From positions 12,751,279-12,815,278 of the forward strand of contig NC_069008.1 of assembly GCF_001194135.2 (NCBI RefSeq): a DNA stretch of 64,000 bases, read 5' to 3'. The stretch is from Octopus bimaculoides (lineage: Eukaryota). Positions 61,271-64,000 of this stretch are shown piece after piece. Each line of letters begins with the position of its first letter. The first letter of the stretch is position 1. The notes beneath the pieces are model-generated. The model had not been told where the DNA came from. It worked only from the letters and a program-made list of their open reading frames with translations, and did not search any database. The position numbers and the translations under genes were made by a program.

Positions 61271-63693
61271 TGGCTCAGTTTTCCATAAACAACCTTGCCC
61301 GGACTTGTACCTGGGAGGGTAACTTTCTAGGTGCAATCCCATGGTCAGTAACGACCGAAGGGGGTCTCAGCATCTCCCTGATGTATGCAAAGTTACTCAA
61401 GGGATGTAATTCAGCAGTTAATGGTTAAAGAGATGTGTGGATTTTCTGAAGTATTTTTTATGTTACACTATTAATTTACCAACCAAACTGTCATATGAAC
61501 ACTATGGACTTCTTTCCTGCCTTATCCTGAGTGGCGGTTGTCTACCTGTTTACATCGCAACTATTAACATCTCCCCACAGTCGAAACTTTTCCCTATGTG
61601 CTCCATTATGTACTTGTTCATCTCTATACATTGTATAAGCATAAATATACCTTAATATTACCTGATATACATTTTGCCTGCCAGTTTATGTACATAGAAA
61701 CTTGATTAGTACATTGCCTATAGCCAGTCTTTATTTCAAAATCTATCACATCCCTACATTTGAAAACTGGACGTTTAGACACTAATTCGAACTGAGCACT
61801 GACTATGTATCCCCATTGTCTCATGTCATACAACGTCCTATTTTCTGTAATTTCTTTATGCATATAAGTTTTTATGTACATATTAATGTATGTATGTAGG
61901 GATCGATAGAGAGGAGAGATGAACATATATAATAAATAATCAGGGGAACTAACTCTCACCTATCAAAGAAAAAAACATTTTTCTCATGCAGTCTATCAGA
62001 CATCAGTTATGTCTATAATTACGGTACTTGGCTGTCAGTAACTATACCATACAACTGACTGTGTTAAGAAAAAGCTGTGTTGATTAACAAGTGATATGTT
62101 ATTTTGCAACGTTGAAATACAAATGACGTCTGTTATTATCTTGTCATGAAAGAAATAAAAAAACCAAGCTAACTAAAGCTACATATCTAATGGGATGGCC
62201 CCCTAGAAATTTCTAGACGCACAGATCCGTTGGCTTATTTCCCATTATAAAACACAATGCTTCAGACTGGAAGATCTCCGTCAGGATATGCTAGAATGAT
62301 GGGAGACGACAAATGAGTAATTTTCTATTAGATCTGTTGAAACAAAATAGTGATAGACACAGAGAAAGGTGACACACTGCAAGTGATAAATGACTTATGT
62401 TAAGACAAACAAAAATGCCACAAAGCATTTTGTCCAGCATGCTAACATTTCTGCCAGCCCACCATATTACAGAGTGCAATATTAATAAATTTTATTCCAA
62501 GGAACATAAAACCGATTTTCGTTTCGTTTCCCATGCACAGCGTTTTCTATTTTATACGTGCCCTCATATTTACACAGTTCACGCTGTTGGTATATAGTTG
62601 TTTACAGCTCTTTCCGTTGTTTCCGAAGCGATGGAAGTCATGTTGTTATGATAGTAGTATTAGAAGTTGGTATAAGATAAATTGTCTTTACTGGAATAGA
62701 CCAAACCATAACGGAATCATGATGTAAGCACCTGCTAAAACCCCTCATAACCTTTATTTTTACGAACTTTTACAATTTCTTTTCGATTCTGTCTTCTGCA
62801 TTGTGGAATTGATATGACTATGCAAAAAAGAAAAAAATTAAAATTCCCCAAACTCCTTTGTAAAAATAAAGTTATGAGGCTTTGATACGTGCTTACATAA
62901 TTCCGCCGAAATATTTTATGCAGGTGGGTGCGTATGTGATCTTTTGAAATTCTGAAACCTCAAATATCTATGAGTCGTTGCTAAGTTGAAATAAAGTTTA
63001 CTGTCCTCATTTTCTGCGAAAATCTAATGTAAAGGGATTGTCTCCATACTGCTAAATACACACGCATATATAGTAATAACGAAAATGACACGTGGATAGA
63101 AGATTTAGACTTTAATGTATTGCAACATAGAAAATATTGAACAAACAATGTGAGAGTAACAAAATAAGGTGGTCGTAAGATATGCTAGAAACAACAGCCA
63201 AATCATAAATCAATCACCTGGCTTAAGAATCCCATAAAACTAATTTTGTGAATGTATTCTCCACACCTGAGTGTGTACAATTACGAGAAAAAAGATTTGT
63301 TGCGTGACTTGGGCAATCTAGCTATCATCTCGAGCACAACTTACGACCTCCTGATTTAATGCGCGGTCCACTGCTGGGATTTATGGAAAATCTAAAAGAA
63401 AGGAAGTTTTAGGATTCATGGGAGGGCGGGGAGCTAAAATTCTTTCGTCTTTAGCAGCATAAATGGCAAATGCCGAACTACTTACGTAATCATATGAATC
63501 TTTCGCGAAAATTTCAAATGGGGTGCTAAGAATCGATCAGAAGATGAAAAAATAAAAATTTCAAAACTTATAATAAAAGAAAAGGTGCCATCATTTCGAA
63601 AGCTGTGGGAAAAAGGAAAAATTCCAGTCAAAACTAACGTGTGTCCTTCATCTTGACTATAGGTTTAAGTAGAACTTTACGAAAAAATTTAGA

Positions 63694-63709
63694 GGCCCTG
63701 AAAAGGGCC
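63694..63709 (-). terminator. Histone 3'-end stem-loop
   Basis: GGCCCT-TTTC-AGGGCC, 34 nt after the H3 stop codon. Confidence 0.9.
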
Positions 63710-63743
63710 GTTGGGCTAAAGCAGTAGCTTCATTATTTCCAAT

Positions 63744-64000
<257 letters not shown>

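Overview
AT-rich eukaryotic (coleoid cephalopod, most likely Octopus; inferred from repeat content and gene type) draft-assembly window with five N-gaps. It holds a tandem cluster of six C2H2 zinc-finger loci: four complete ORFs, one with its start hidden in a gap, and one pseudogene. All share one architecture: non-coding exon 1, TE-filled intron, conserved acceptor, ~350-400 nt uORF-bearing leader, single-exon finger array; no KRAB/ZAD/BTB seen. Family A (5.3k+, 17.9k-, 24.8k+ pseudo) uses a CCGAGTCGG/GAATGGCG promoter cassette. Family B (33.9k, 42.6k, 56.7k, all +) is a ~9-11 kb triplication with a CCAAT/TATA cassette and three near-invariant N-terminal fingers. The rest is a dense TE graveyard (RTE LINE 3' ends, tRNA/CORE SINEs, Penelope-like, NeSL/HERO-like, mariner, maT, Tigger, hAT, MULE-type MITEs). 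A decayed histone H4 pseudogene lies at 29k and the 3' part of a replication-dependent histone H3 gene with stem-loop ends the window. Best leads: a tRNA-headed hammerhead-containing short element (retrozyme/SM-alpha-like) at 15.8-16.05k, constant+variable finger architecture, conserved uORF, mirrored promoter pair, and a ~1.1 kb palindrome. All alignments were done by eye; boundaries of decayed elements are approximate.
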